Below are positions 9,242-18,388 of a stretch of 64,000 nt of DNA, one piece after another. The notes beneath the pieces were generated by a model. It was not told the origin of the DNA, did no database searches, and saw only the letters and a program-made list of their open reading frames with translations. The position numbers and the translations under genes are program-made. Source of the DNA: Myxococcota bacterium (GTDB taxonomy: Bacteria; Myxococcota_A; UBA9160; SMWR01); the NCBI GenBank assembly GCA_036336695.1, contig JAYZFQ010000014.1, positions 3,585-67,584 of the forward strand, read 5' to 3'. How positions within the stretch are numbered: the stretch's first letter is position 1; each line of letters begins with the position of its first letter.

Positions 9242-10489
9242 ATGGCGGGGCCGCCCGAAGTCCTCCTCCTCGATGACGGCGAACTGGACGACGTCCAGGA
9301 AATCCTCGACAGCCTGGAGACCCCTTACGGGCGCATTCGCGGCGGGGCCGTGTCCGAGCACACGTCGCCGCCGGGGCGGCTGCTGGTCACGACTCCGCGG
9401 CACGCTGCCGCAGTGGACTTGACCGGCACCGAGCGGGTGCTTCGCATCGTGGTCGTCGCGGAAGATTCCACCACGCTGCGCGCACGTCTGCGCAAGGTCG
9501 GTTTCGACTACCTCGTGCGGCGCCCCGTGCACCCCGAAGCGCTGCGCCTGCTGCTGATCCGCTGTCTGTACGCGGGAGACGAACGGCGTAACGAGGAGCG
9601 CGTTCCGGTCGGACTCCACGTCTCCTTCCGTGCCGGGCTGCTGCCGCGTCGGGTCGTGCTGGCCGATCTTTCAACCGGGGGCTGTCGCCTGCTTTCCCAG
9701 CGGTCGATTCCCATCGGGCGGCGCGTGCAGGTCAAGATCCCGCCGCGCGCCGGGGACACGAAACCGGTCGTCGTACACGGTACGGTGGTGCGGATCCTAC
9801 TCGACGAAAACCTGGGACCGGACGGGCCCTACAGCGCTGCCATTGCCTTCGAAGACGACCTCGCAGCAGACGTGCGGAGCGAGCTGGAGTGGATCGTCGG
9901 CGAACGCGCCCGCGGGCCGGCAACACTGAACGCGGGGAACGACGGGACGGACACGGGAGCCGCGACCCTCGCACCGCCGGAAACCAGCTCCGGCGTGGTC
10001 GCCCAGGGAGTGCGTGTCGATGTCGACGTGCAGCTCTCGCCCGGGGACGGGCCGGCGGCGATGCCGGACTCTCCAGCTGCTGCTGCGTCCTCCGACTCGA
10101 GACGCGCCACGCCTTCCGGGCGCCGCATCGACCCGCGCGCTGCCTACCCGGGACGAGTCGCTGCCGTCGGTGACCACGCGATGCGCGTCCTGATCGCGCG
10201 CGATCTCTCCATGGGCGGGGTGCGCATCGAACGCGCCGCCGGCCTCGAACTCGGCGACCGGCTTCACCTGGCGCTCTACGCGTCGGCCCACGAAAGCCCG
10301 GTCCGCACCTGGGCCACCGCGGCACGGGACGACGGCGACGACGGGTTGTTCTTCCGGTTCGACGCGCTCGAGGCGGCGGTCGCCGAGAAGCTCGACAAGC
10401 TGGTCGCGAGCCTGCCGGCCGTGGAGTCACTCCACCAGGGCGAAGCCGCCGCCATGGGCAGCGTCATCGCCGAGATCCTCCCAGACTGA
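9242..10489 (+). CDS. Dual PilZ-domain c-di-GMP-binding protein with an N-terminal alpha/beta domain
   Basis: Two PilZ signatures: RRNEER...DLSTGGCRL and RRIDPR...DLSMGGVRI (RxxxR plus DxSxxG). Start trimmed to ATG 9242 (MAGPPEVLLLDDG). The upstream part of the 495-aa ORF overlaps the CPBP gene. Confidence 0.75.
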   Translation: MAGPPEVLLLDDGELDDVQEILDSLETPYGRIRGGAVSEHTSPPGRLLVTTPRHAAAVDLTGTERVLRIVVVAEDSTTLRARLRKVGFDYLVRRPVHPEALRLLLIRCLYAGDERRNEERVPVGLHVSFRAGLLPRRVVLADLSTGGCRLLSQRSIPIGRRVQVKIPPRAGDTKPVVVHGTVVRILLDENLGPDGPYSAAIAFEDDLAADVRSELEWIVGERARGPATLNAGNDGTDTGAATLAPPETSSGVVAQGVRVDVDVQLSPGDGPAAMPDSPAAAASSDSRRATPSGRRIDPRAAYPGRVAAVGDHAMRVLIARDLSMGGVRIERAAGLELGDRLHLALYASAHESPVRTWATAARDDGDDGLFFRFDALEAAVAEKLDKLVASLPAVESLHQGEAAAMGSVIAEILPD

Positions 10490-10504
10490 AAAGCGGGTGC
10501 CGCC

Positions 10505-10609
10505 CTAGGAACCGGATTCCCGCTGCTGCTTCTTCCGCGCGAGACGCCGACGCCGGCGCAGCTTGTGCTGGTGCCGCTGACGCTTCTGCTTGTTCTTGCT
10601 GCGTGCCAT
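10505..10609 (-). CDS. 34-codon Arg/Lys-rich micro-protein (candidate ribosome-associated or nucleic-acid-binding peptide)
   Basis: Absent from the ORF track because of its size. ATG at 10609 is preceded by GGAAGGAACC. Translation is MARSKNKQKRQRHQHKLRRRRRLARKKQQRESGS, with TAG at 10505-10507. It fits neatly in the 147-bp gap between the PilZ and TetR genes. Confidence 0.45.
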   Translation of the reverse strand: MARSKNKQKRQRHQHKLRRRRRLARKKQQRESGS

Positions 10610-10636
10610 GGTTCCTTCCTGAACGAGCGGCGCATC

Positions 10637-11236
10637 CTAGCACGGCCCGTGGCCCGCTCGGGAACCTTGGAGGGCGCGGACCACCAGACCCACCAGGGAC
10701 CGCACCACGTCGGGGTCGGTGGCCCCACCGAACAACACCCGGGTGAGAATCGGCCCGCCCGCGAGCGATGCGGCGAGGTCGAGGTCGACGGTGGGCGGGA
10801 TCTCTCCGCGTGCGACAGCGCGCTGCATGGATTCGACCAGGGGCCGGGTTCGCTCGCGAACGAAGGGATCCAAGACCCGCGCAAGGTCCGGGTCGCGCCG
10901 CCGCTCCGCCGCGAGCGCCGCCAGCACCCCGGCGAGGGGTGTCGCATCGACGATGGCGAGGAACTGGACCAGGAGCGCCTCCAGATCGTCGGCGAGGCTG
11001 CCGGTGTCCACGGGCTGCAGGGGCGGCGTCGTCCGAAGCGCCGCGACGACGAGTTGGGTCTTGGTCGGCCAGCGCCGGTACATCGTGGCCTTGCTCACGC
11101 CCGCGCGTCGCGCGACCTGGGCCACCCGCACCCCCTCGTAGCCAGCCTCGGCCAGCAGTTCGAGGGTGGCGGCGATGATGGCCCGCTCGGCGGCCGGGTC
11201 GCGCGGTCGCCCGGGCCCCGGAGACACGGAATCCAT
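10637..11236 (-). CDS. TetR/AcrR-family transcriptional regulator
   Basis: N-terminal helix-turn-helix AATLELLAEAGYEGVRVAQVARRAGVSKATMYRRWPTK. Confidence 0.9.
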   Translation of the reverse strand: MDSVSPGPGRPRDPAAERAIIAATLELLAEAGYEGVRVAQVARRAGVSKATMYRRWPTKTQLVVAALRTTPPLQPVDTGSLADDLEALLVQFLAIVDATPLAGVLAALAAERRRDPDLARVLDPFVRERTRPLVESMQRAVARGEIPPTVDLDLAASLAGGPILTRVLFGGATDPDVVRSLVGLVVRALQGSRAGHGPC

Positions 11237-11250
11237 CGCAGGGCTCCATC

Positions 11251-11277
11251 AAATTCGATACCCTTGGTACCGTTTTT
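11251..11277. promoter_or_regulatory. Candidate TetR operator (imperfect inverted repeat)
   Basis: AAATTCGATACC-CTT-GGTACCGTTTTT, with 9 of 12 positions symmetric. It is locally AT-rich and sits in the 79-bp divergent spacer between the TetR gene and the VOC-P450 operon. Confidence 0.35.
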
Positions 11278-11315
11278 CAAGCGGGCGTCAAGCGGAAACG
11301 CCTCGGGAGGGACCG

Positions 11316-11714
11316 ATGGGAGCGCGCATGGCCAAACCGGCGATCGACGTGGGCATCGTCACCGCCGACGCCGACCCCCTGCTCCGCTACTACGGCACGG
11401 TGTTCGGCTTTACCCCACTTCCAGGTCTCGAAATCCCAGGCGTGGGGACCATCCACAAACTCGCGTGCGGCGAGAGCGTGCTCCGCATCCTGGTCCCCGA
11501 GACACCGCCGGAGCCCGATCGCGCGCCCTCCTGGTCCGGGCGTGCGGGGTTGCGATACCTCACGCTGGAAGTCGAAGACATTGCAGCCGCTGCGCGCACG
11601 ACACGGGAAGCCGGCGGCCACGTCGTCCTCGAGCCGTTCGAGCTGCGTCCCGGCCGTTTCGTCTGCCAGGTCACCGACCCGGACGGCAACATGATCGAGG
11701 TCGGCCAGGGCTGA
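11316..11714 (+). CDS. VOC (glyoxalase/bleomycin-resistance/dioxygenase) family protein
   Basis: ATG 11316 has GGGAGG 6 nt upstream. About 132 aa, with beta-alpha-beta-beta-beta-like repeats and the terminal strand VTDPDGNMIEV. Confidence 0.7.
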   Translation: MGARMAKPAIDVGIVTADADPLLRYYGTVFGFTPLPGLEIPGVGTIHKLACGESVLRILVPETPPEPDRAPSWSGRAGLRYLTLEVEDIAAAARTTREAGGHVVLEPFELRPGRFVCQVTDPDGNMIEVGQG

Positions 11715-11715
11715 A

Positions 11716-12900
11716 GTGATCGGCTACGACCCGTTTTCAGACGCGGTCATGCGGAATCCATGGCCCTTCTATGCCCGGCTCCGTGCGGAGCAGCCCGTCT
11801 TCTACAGCGAAACCTACGACACCTGGTTCCTTTCCCGCTTCGAAGACATCTGGAACAGCACGAAAAACGACGTGTTCACGGCGGAACGCGGCGTCACTCC
11901 CGAAATGGTCCTGCTCAAGGCGCCGCCGCCTCCCGAGCCCGTGTTCTCGATGCTCGACATGCCCCGGCAGCGCGACTACCGGCGACTGCTCGTGCCGCCC
12001 TACACGAAGCGACGCGTCTCGGAGATGGAGCCGCGGATTCGCGCCATCGTGAAGGAGACGCTGGAGCCATTGCTCGCGGGCGAATCGTTCGACGTGTACG
12101 CAGACCTCGCGGACCCGGTCGCCACGCGGGTGATCGGCGAACTGATTGGGCTTCCTTCCGAGGAGGCACTGCCCCTGCGCACCCTCGTGGACACGCTCTT
12201 CCGAAGACAGCCCGGACAGGTGGGGACCTCGCCGGATGGCGAGGAAGCGCGGACCCGACTGCTGACTCGGCTCATGGAAATCGTCGCGGAACGGGCGAAG
12301 CGCGGCGATACCGGGGGCGAAGACCACATCGCAGCCATGTTGCGGGCCGAGGTGGAAGGCCGCGCGCCGACCCACTCGATGATCGCGGCCATGGCGTTCA
12401 CCATGCTGGTGACGGGAGCGGAGGTGGTGCCACTCGCCGTGGCGAACACGGCCTACTACCTGTGGCAACACCCGGATCAGCGTCGGCGCGCCGTCGCGGA
12501 TCCCTCTCTGGTGACGGATGCGTTCACCGAGTCCCTGCGTTACGACCAGCCCACGAACCTGCTGGGCCGCTTCGTCGCCCGCGACGTGGAACTCGGCGGG
12601 CAACACCTGCACAGCGGCCAGGGCGTCATGTTTCTCTGGGCGTCTGGAAACCGCGACGAGCGCGAGTTCGAACGCGCCGACGAGTTCGACATCACACGCC
12701 GCCCCAGGCGCAGCCTGTCCTACGGCCACGGCATCCACAAGTGCATTGGAGAGCACCTCGGAAACCTCGAGGGGAGACTGATCCTCGAGGCGCTCCTGGC
12801 CGCTGCACCGGAGTACGCGGTCGACACGAACGGAGCATCCCGCGCCTACAGCGAGTTCCTCCACGGCTACCGCTGCGTGCCCGTGGCTCCCGCCGGGTGA
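11716..12900 (+). CDS. Cytochrome P450 monooxygenase
   Basis: GTG start 1 nt after the VOC stop. ESLRYD (ExxR), heme loop YGHGIHKCIGEHLG and I-helix VTGAEVV. Confidence 0.9.
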   Translation: MIGYDPFSDAVMRNPWPFYARLRAEQPVFYSETYDTWFLSRFEDIWNSTKNDVFTAERGVTPEMVLLKAPPPPEPVFSMLDMPRQRDYRRLLVPPYTKRRVSEMEPRIRAIVKETLEPLLAGESFDVYADLADPVATRVIGELIGLPSEEALPLRTLVDTLFRRQPGQVGTSPDGEEARTRLLTRLMEIVAERAKRGDTGGEDHIAAMLRAEVEGRAPTHSMIAAMAFTMLVTGAEVVPLAVANTAYYLWQHPDQRRRAVADPSLVTDAFTESLRYDQPTNLLGRFVARDVELGGQHLHSGQGVMFLWASGNRDEREFERADEFDITRRPRRSLSYGHGIHKCIGEHLGNLEGRLILEALLAAAPEYAVDTNGASRAYSEFLHGYRCVPVAPAG

Positions 12901-12904
12901 GCGC

Positions 12905-13801
12905 TCAGTCCTCTTCGCGTTGGATGGCGGCGCCGAGCCCCTGGTGGCCCCAGACGTCACCGCCCGTCAACTCCCTGTCCACCCAGTCCTCGCCCACCAG
13001 GCAGCCATCCCAGCCGATCTCCACGTCGAAGCCCGAGGGACCTTCCATGTAGAAGGAGACGACACCGTCGTTTCGGTGACGACCGAGCGAGGAGGTGATC
13101 GTCCGCTGGTCCGCCTGGGCACGGTCGAGAGCGCGCCCGACGTCGTCCAGGGATTTGGTTTCGAACATCAGGTGCTGCAACCCGCTGAAATCTCCGAGAC
13201 GCAGGAGTGCAACCGTGTGGTGGCGCGGCGTGCACCGGAGAAAGTGAATCCCCGTGTCTGGACCGAAATTCAGGTAGTCGCTCCGGCGGAAGCCGAGCAC
13301 GTCTCGGTAGAAGTCGAGCGCCGGCTCGAGGTCCGGCACGTAGAGGACGACGTGCCCCATCCCCAATTCGCCAGTCACGAAACGGGATCCGTGCTCCGAG
13401 CGGAACGTCTCGCCGCGCGCGGGGCCGGAGAAGATTTCGATGCGGTGGCCGGCTGGATCGCGAAGCACGGCGAGCATTTCGACGCAGCGGGCCGCGCACT
13501 CCTCCCGGGTCCCTTCGCGAACGGCGACGCCGCGTTTCGCCCACTCCGACATCGCACCGGCCAGGGCCGCGGGGTCCAGGGCTTCGAAGCCGAGATAGCG
13601 CAGGCCGGCGGCTTCCCCGGGGTGGACCGCGAGCCGCCACGCCTGGTCGTCCATCCGGAAGAACAGCGCACCCTCGCACGCAGCCGGGGTCGGCGCCAAC
13701 GCGAGCCCACACACGTCGCGGGCGAACTCACGCCAGGCCTCGGGGTCGGGCGCCGCGACGCCGACATATCCGAGACCGCCCAGGGCGAGTTCTGCCGCCA
13801 C
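12905..13801 (-). CDS. Type I extradiol ring-cleavage dioxygenase (BphC/HsaC-like)
   Basis: FVTGELGMGHVVL, FYRDVLGFR, RHHTVAL, LGRHRNDGVVSFYMEGPSGFDVEIG and WGH. GTG 13801 was chosen as the start. The upstream part of the 408-aa ORF is Arg-rich and non-coding-like. Confidence 0.85.
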   Translation of the reverse strand: MAAELALGGLGYVGVAAPDPEAWREFARDVCGLALAPTPAACEGALFFRMDDQAWRLAVHPGEAAGLRYLGFEALDPAALAGAMSEWAKRGVAVREGTREECAARCVEMLAVLRDPAGHRIEIFSGPARGETFRSEHGSRFVTGELGMGHVVLYVPDLEPALDFYRDVLGFRRSDYLNFGPDTGIHFLRCTPRHHTVALLRLGDFSGLQHLMFETKSLDDVGRALDRAQADQRTITSSLGRHRNDGVVSFYMEGPSGFDVEIGWDGCLVGEDWVDRELTGGDVWGHQGLGAAIQREED

Positions 13802-13853
13802 CCGGATACGGTACCATGAGTTTCGCTTTGACCGGGCAGCGCCCGCGAGCGGC

Positions 13854-15197
13854 TCAGCTCTCCGGCGGCTCGTCGCGCGACCGGACCGCCGTCGCCGAAG
13901 CGCTCGACCGCAACCAGCGCGCCGCGTTCTCGGGGCGGCAACGTCCTTCGGGGCAGAACGCCCGGCGCAGCATGTCGGCGGCCAGCTGCGCCCCCCCGCG
14001 CCAATACAGGTCCCCGTGCACCACCACCGTGGCGACAGCGAGCGCAGGCGCATCGGCCGGCGCCACGCCCACGAACCACTCGTACTTCCCCGCCGGGTCC
14101 CGGCCCGTGAGGCTCCCGGTCTTCCCGGCAATCTTCACGTCGCCAACCATCGGGCGACCGTTCCGACGCCGGAAAGCGCTCCGCGCCGTTCCCCGGGTGG
14201 TGGTGTCCACGAGCATCTCGCGCAGTTGCGCCGCAGTGTCCGGGTCCATGGCCTGGCGCGGCGCCTGCACCGCTGGGAGCAGGAGTTCGCGCCCCTGCCC
14301 GTCGACGACGCGCTCGATCCAGAGCGGCGCCCGGAGTTCCCCGTGGGCGAGCGCTGCGGCGAGTTGGACGGCATGCAGCGGCGTAATCTCGGCGCCCGCA
14401 AGCCCGGCGCCGAAGCGTCCCAGGGCGAAACGGTCCTCACCGACGTCCGCGCGGCCCGCCGCGTGGGCCGGCGCGGGCGCGGAGAGCCAGCCGAAGCGCT
14501 CCACCATGGCCAGCAGCGGCCCCCCGCCCACGGCGTGAACTGCCAGCTGGGCGAAGCACTGGTTGTTGGAGGACGCCATCGCTCGCCGCAACGAGACGGT
14601 GTGCCCCTGCCGCGGTGGATCGATCCGCGCCGGAGTCAAGCGATAGGCGCTGCCGCGGTAACGGCAGGGCAGCTTCGCCTTGTCGGGCGCGGACTCGAGG
14701 GCGGCGGCGGCAGTGACGATCTTGACCAGGGAAGCGGCGGGATAGGTGCGCGTCGGCGGAAACGCCTCCAGGTCGGTCGACGCGTAGGCAAGCAGGCGGC
14801 CGCTGTTGGGGTCCATCACGACGATATGACCCATCTCGACCCGGCCGTTCCGGAGCGCCCGGTGCGCCTCCCGGGTCAGGGTGGCGTCGAGGGTGTACTC
14901 GACGCGCAAGGGGCCTTCGAGTTCCGGTCCGGCCCACTCGACGCTCTCGTACACCCGGCCACGAACCCCGGTTTCTCCCACCCGCCCCGCGTCGACACCG
15001 GGGGGTTGAAAGGCCTCGAGTTCCAACACGTCGCGCGTAACGGGAAGATCCGCGAAGAGCGCTGCCGGCACACCCGGCGGCGGCGCGGCGACCGGGGGCG
15101 GCTGTTCAAGGGCCCGGCCGTGGCCTGCGTCGCCCCGGCCGAACCAAACCGCCACCACGAGGCTCGCGGCACCGCACCCGGCGAGCAACGCCGCCAC
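13854..15197 (-). CDS. Penicillin-binding protein (transpeptidase domain), membrane anchored
   Basis: N-terminal TM helix. SLVK (SxxK), SSN (SxN) and KTGS (KTG) triad. GTG start, with no upstream in-frame start before a TGA. Confidence 0.8.
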   Translation of the reverse strand: MAALLAGCGAASLVVAVWFGRGDAGHGRALEQPPPVAAPPPGVPAALFADLPVTRDVLELEAFQPPGVDAGRVGETGVRGRVYESVEWAGPELEGPLRVEYTLDATLTREAHRALRNGRVEMGHIVVMDPNSGRLLAYASTDLEAFPPTRTYPAASLVKIVTAAAALESAPDKAKLPCRYRGSAYRLTPARIDPPRQGHTVSLRRAMASSNNQCFAQLAVHAVGGGPLLAMVERFGWLSAPAPAHAAGRADVGEDRFALGRFGAGLAGAEITPLHAVQLAAALAHGELRAPLWIERVVDGQGRELLLPAVQAPRQAMDPDTAAQLREMLVDTTTRGTARSAFRRRNGRPMVGDVKIAGKTGSLTGRDPAGKYEWFVGVAPADAPALAVATVVVHGDLYWRGGAQLAADMLRRAFCPEGRCRPENAARWLRSSASATAVRSRDEPPES

Positions 15198-15392
15198 CGT
15201 GACTCGGCCGCGACCGGAAAGCCTGCCGCGCCGACGGCGCGCCTGGTCGCGGCGCCAGTGGCGCCGACCCCGACCGGGGTCTGCTTTCCGCGGAAGCGAC
15301 AGGAAGTCCCCCCTCCCTCCGACGAGCCGGAGCGCTCAGCAAACCGCAACAATATTGAGGGGTTGACGGACGCCGGGAGGGTACGGTGTCGC

Positions 15393-15947
15393 TCAGCGCG
15401 CGACAACCCCCCGGACCTCGGGAACCCGTTCTCGAATGCGCGCTTCGATCCCGTGCTCGAGTGTCGCCCCCGAACTCGGGCACCCGCTGCACGCACCGCG
15501 GAATGCAATTTCGACCACCCCGTCCCGGAACCCGAGGAACGTCACATCCCCACCGTCTCGCGCAACCGCCGGCCGCACTTCTTCGTCGATCACGCGTCGG
15601 ATGCGGCCGGCCAATGCCTCGTCGGCCTCGGGCGCGGGGGGCTCGAAGGCGGGTCCCACCGGGGACCGCGCTCCCTCGCGAATCGCCGCGGCCACGGGCT
15701 CCGCGAGCTCCGTCCACGTGACATCGGCGCGCTTGGTGACGGTCACGAAGTTCGCCGCAAGAAATACACCGGTGACGCCGTCCACGGAAAAGAGGCGCTC
15801 GGCCAGGGGCGAAACGTCCTCGCCCGGAGGTGCATCGAAGTGAACCGTGACCCCGCCTTCCATCACGGAGCGCCCCAGAACCCACTTCACGCTCTCGGGG
15901 TTCGGGGTGCGTTCCGCGTGCATCCGGAGGGCGCCTTCCATCCTCAC
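15393..15947 (-). CDS. Nfu/NifU-like Fe-S cluster scaffold or carrier
   Basis: ERTPNPESVKW (Nfu N-domain) plus a C-terminal NifU-like domain with CSGCPSS. The start may instead be ATG 15923. Confidence 0.85.
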   Translation of the reverse strand: MRMEGALRMHAERTPNPESVKWVLGRSVMEGGVTVHFDAPPGEDVSPLAERLFSVDGVTGVFLAANFVTVTKRADVTWTELAEPVAAAIREGARSPVGPAFEPPAPEADEALAGRIRRVIDEEVRPAVARDGGDVTFLGFRDGVVEIAFRGACSGCPSSGATLEHGIEARIRERVPEVRGVVAR

Positions 15948-15987
15948 AGGATAGCCGACGGCGCAACGGATCCGAGAACCGCGCGCC

Positions 15988-16788
15988 TCAGCCAGCGTCG
16001 AACAAGAGCGCGTCAGCGTCGTCGAGCGCCAGCACGAGACAGCCGAGTTCGCGAGCGCGCTCGGACTCTCGGCTGCCGTTGTATCCCCAGCCGGCCAGGG
16101 CGCAGCGCACCCCCAGGCGCTGGACTGCCTCCAGGTGGCTCACTTTGTCATCGACGAAGGTCATATCCCGCATTTCGAAGCCAAAACGCCCCTGCAAGTG
16201 CTCCAGGTGCGCGCATTTGCTCACGCCGGTGTCCTTGTCCAGCACGCGATCTTCGGGAAACAGGTCTTCGATCCCGTAGATGCGAAGCAGTCGCCCGACG
16301 GACCCGCGGTCTTTCGCTGTTGCGATCGCCAGCACCGCATCGCCGGCTCGCCGGCGAAGCCACTCGGGGACACCCGGGTAGGCGCCCATCAGGCGCTGCC
16401 AGGCCGCGGGGTCCGCGTCGGCCATCGCGGTCCGCATTGCGTAGAACCTGCGGTGGAACGTGCGCAAACCGGCGGGGTCGCGAGCGGCCTTGTACAGATC
16501 GTAGGCCCGCTGGTCTTCGAGAACTGTGCCGGACTCGATCGCCATCAGCACCACCGCGTAGTCCTCGGCGCGGTTTCCGAGGGGCATCGACTCCAGAAAG
16601 GGTGCGTAGAGGGGGTGCGCAACCACTGCGTCCGGAAACGGCGACGCGTCTCCCCGCAACAAGCGCTCGGCAGCGCCAAACAGCGCAGTCTCTGGATGCA
16701 GGGCGCAGAACGTCCGGAGCGCAACGACGAAGGCCTCCGGTGCGCTGTCGGAGATCACGCCATCGAAGTCCAGGGCCAGCAGCTTCAC
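15988..16788 (-). CDS. HAD-superfamily hydrolase
   Basis: LALDFDGVISDS (DxDx[TV] motif I) and a C-terminal FVDDK. GTG 16788 was chosen as the start. The rest of the 421-aa ORF overlaps the divergent carboxyltransferase gene. Confidence 0.75.
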   Translation of the reverse strand: MKLLALDFDGVISDSAPEAFVVALRTFCALHPETALFGAAERLLRGDASPFPDAVVAHPLYAPFLESMPLGNRAEDYAVVLMAIESGTVLEDQRAYDLYKAARDPAGLRTFHRRFYAMRTAMADADPAAWQRLMGAYPGVPEWLRRRAGDAVLAIATAKDRGSVGRLLRIYGIEDLFPEDRVLDKDTGVSKCAHLEHLQGRFGFEMRDMTFVDDKVSHLEAVQRLGVRCALAGWGYNGSRESERARELGCLVLALDDADALLFDAG

Positions 16789-16828
16789 GCGGGCGCAGCG
16801 TAGCGAAGCGGGCGTGTAAGATGGGACG

Positions 16829-18388
16829 ATGTCGTGGAAGCCCGAGCTCGAGGAGATCGAACGCCGACGCCAGCTCGCGCTGCGCATGGGCGGGGAGGAG
16901 CGTGTCGAGCGGGCGCGCCAGGCGGGACGGCTGCCCGTTCGGGAACGCATCGATCGCCTGTTGGACACAGATTCGTTCCACGAAACGGGCGCTCTCGCCG
17001 GTCGCGCCGAGTACGATGACGACGGGAATCTCGTGGAACTGACGCCCTCGAACTTCGTCTGCGGTCGGGGCCGCATCGAAGGGCGACCCGTCGTCGTCGG
17101 AGCCGACGATTTCACCGTCCGCGGCGGGGCAGCCGATGGCGCCGTGGGCAACAAGATGGGGTGGGCCGAGAAAGCGGCCCACGACCTTCGCCTGCCCATG
17201 GTGCGCCTGGTCGACGGCACGGGCGGTGGGGGCTCGGTGAAGCTGAACACCACGTTGCGCCGCTCCTACGTGCCCTTCAATCCGGATTGGGAGACCTCCG
17301 TCGCGCTGCTCTCTCGCGTTCCCGTCGCCGCGGCGGCGCTGGGCCCCGTGGCCGGACTCGGCGCCGCGCGGGTGGCGGCATCCCACTTCTCGGTGATGGT
17401 TCGCGGCACGAGTCAACTCTTCGTCGCCGGTCCCCCGGTCGTTCGCCGGGCCTTCGGACAAGAAGTGGAGAAGGAAACCCTGGGCGGCTCGCACATCCAC
17501 GCACGCGGCAGCGGAGCAGTGGACAACGAGGTCGAGAGTGAAGCCCAGGCCTTCGCCGAGCTGCGCCGTTTCCTGTCCTATCTACCGAGTTCGGTTTTCG
17601 AAACGCCGCCCCGCCTCGAGCCGGAGGACGATCCCGAGCGGCGCGAAGAAGCGCTGCTCTCGATCGTTCCCCGAGACCGGCGCAAACCCTACGACGTGCG
17701 CAAGCTCCTCTCCCTCGTCCTGGACGTCGGGTCTTTCTTCGAAATCGGCCGCTACTTCGGGCGGCCTCTTGTCACGGGTCTGGCCCGGCTCGACGGGGTG
17801 CCGATCGGCGTGATGGCCAACGACCCGCGCCAGCTCGCCGGCTCGATCGATGCGGCGGCCGCGGAAAAGATGACCCGGTTCGTCGACCTCTGCGACACCT
17901 TCCGCCTGCCCGTCGCGAATTTCGTGGATAACCCCGGGTTCCTGATCGGCGTCCAGGCGGAGCGGAATGGCACGATCCGTCGCGGCGTCCGGGCGCTCTC
18001 CGCCGTCTACCAGGCCGACGTGCCCTGGGTCTCCGTGATCATTCGCAAAGTGTTCGGCGTCGCTGGCGCGGGACACGGCGCACACCACCGGCTCAATCTC
18101 CGCTACGCCTGGCCCTCGGGAGAGTGGGGCTCGCTCCCCATCGAGGGCGGCGTGGAGGCGGCCTACCGGCGTCGGATCGAAGCTTCGAGCGATCCGGATG
18201 CCCTTCGCGCGGAATTGGAAGAGAACCTCGCGAGCCTGCGCTCCCCGTTCCTCACCGCGGAAGCCTTCGGCATTGAAGAGATGATCGACCCGAGGGAAAC
18301 GCGTCCCCTGCTCGTCGACTGGGCACGACGGGCCTTCGCCATCGTGGCTACGGAATCGGGGCCCAAGTCTCGCGGCCTGCGCCCCTAG
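16829..18388 (+). CDS. Acyl-CoA carboxylase carboxyltransferase (beta) subunit
   Basis: 519 aa. RERIDRLLDTDSFHE, GRPVVVGADDFTVRGG, VRLVDGTGGGG and NPGFLIG are typical of the PccB/MccB-type carboxyltransferase domain pair. Confidence 0.9.
   Translation: MSWKPELEEIERRRQLALRMGGEERVERARQAGRLPVRERIDRLLDTDSFHETGALAGRAEYDDDGNLVELTPSNFVCGRGRIEGRPVVVGADDFTVRGGAADGAVGNKMGWAEKAAHDLRLPMVRLVDGTGGGGSVKLNTTLRRSYVPFNPDWETSVALLSRVPVAAAALGPVAGLGAARVAASHFSVMVRGTSQLFVAGPPVVRRAFGQEVEKETLGGSHIHARGSGAVDNEVESEAQAFAELRRFLSYLPSSVFETPPRLEPEDDPERREEALLSIVPRDRRKPYDVRKLLSLVLDVGSFFEIGRYFGRPLVTGLARLDGVPIGVMANDPRQLAGSIDAAAAEKMTRFVDLCDTFRLPVANFVDNPGFLIGVQAERNGTIRRGVRALSAVYQADVPWVSVIIRKVFGVAGAGHGAHHRLNLRYAWPSGEWGSLPIEGGVEAAYRRRIEASSDPDALRAELEENLASLRSPFLTAEAFGIEEMIDPRETRPLLVDWARRAFAIVATESGPKSRGLRP

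Noticed and set aside
8037-9422. 461-aa plus-strand ORF across the AlgH/CPBP/PilZ region
   Set aside because: The translation is extreme Arg/Pro repeats (RRRRRR and PRPR runs). It overlaps three better-supported genes in other frames.
14016-17042. 1008-aa plus-strand ORF
   Set aside because: It is antisense to the PBP, Nfu and HAD genes. The composition is Arg/Pro/Gly-dominated, there are no domains, and it crosses two intergenic regions.
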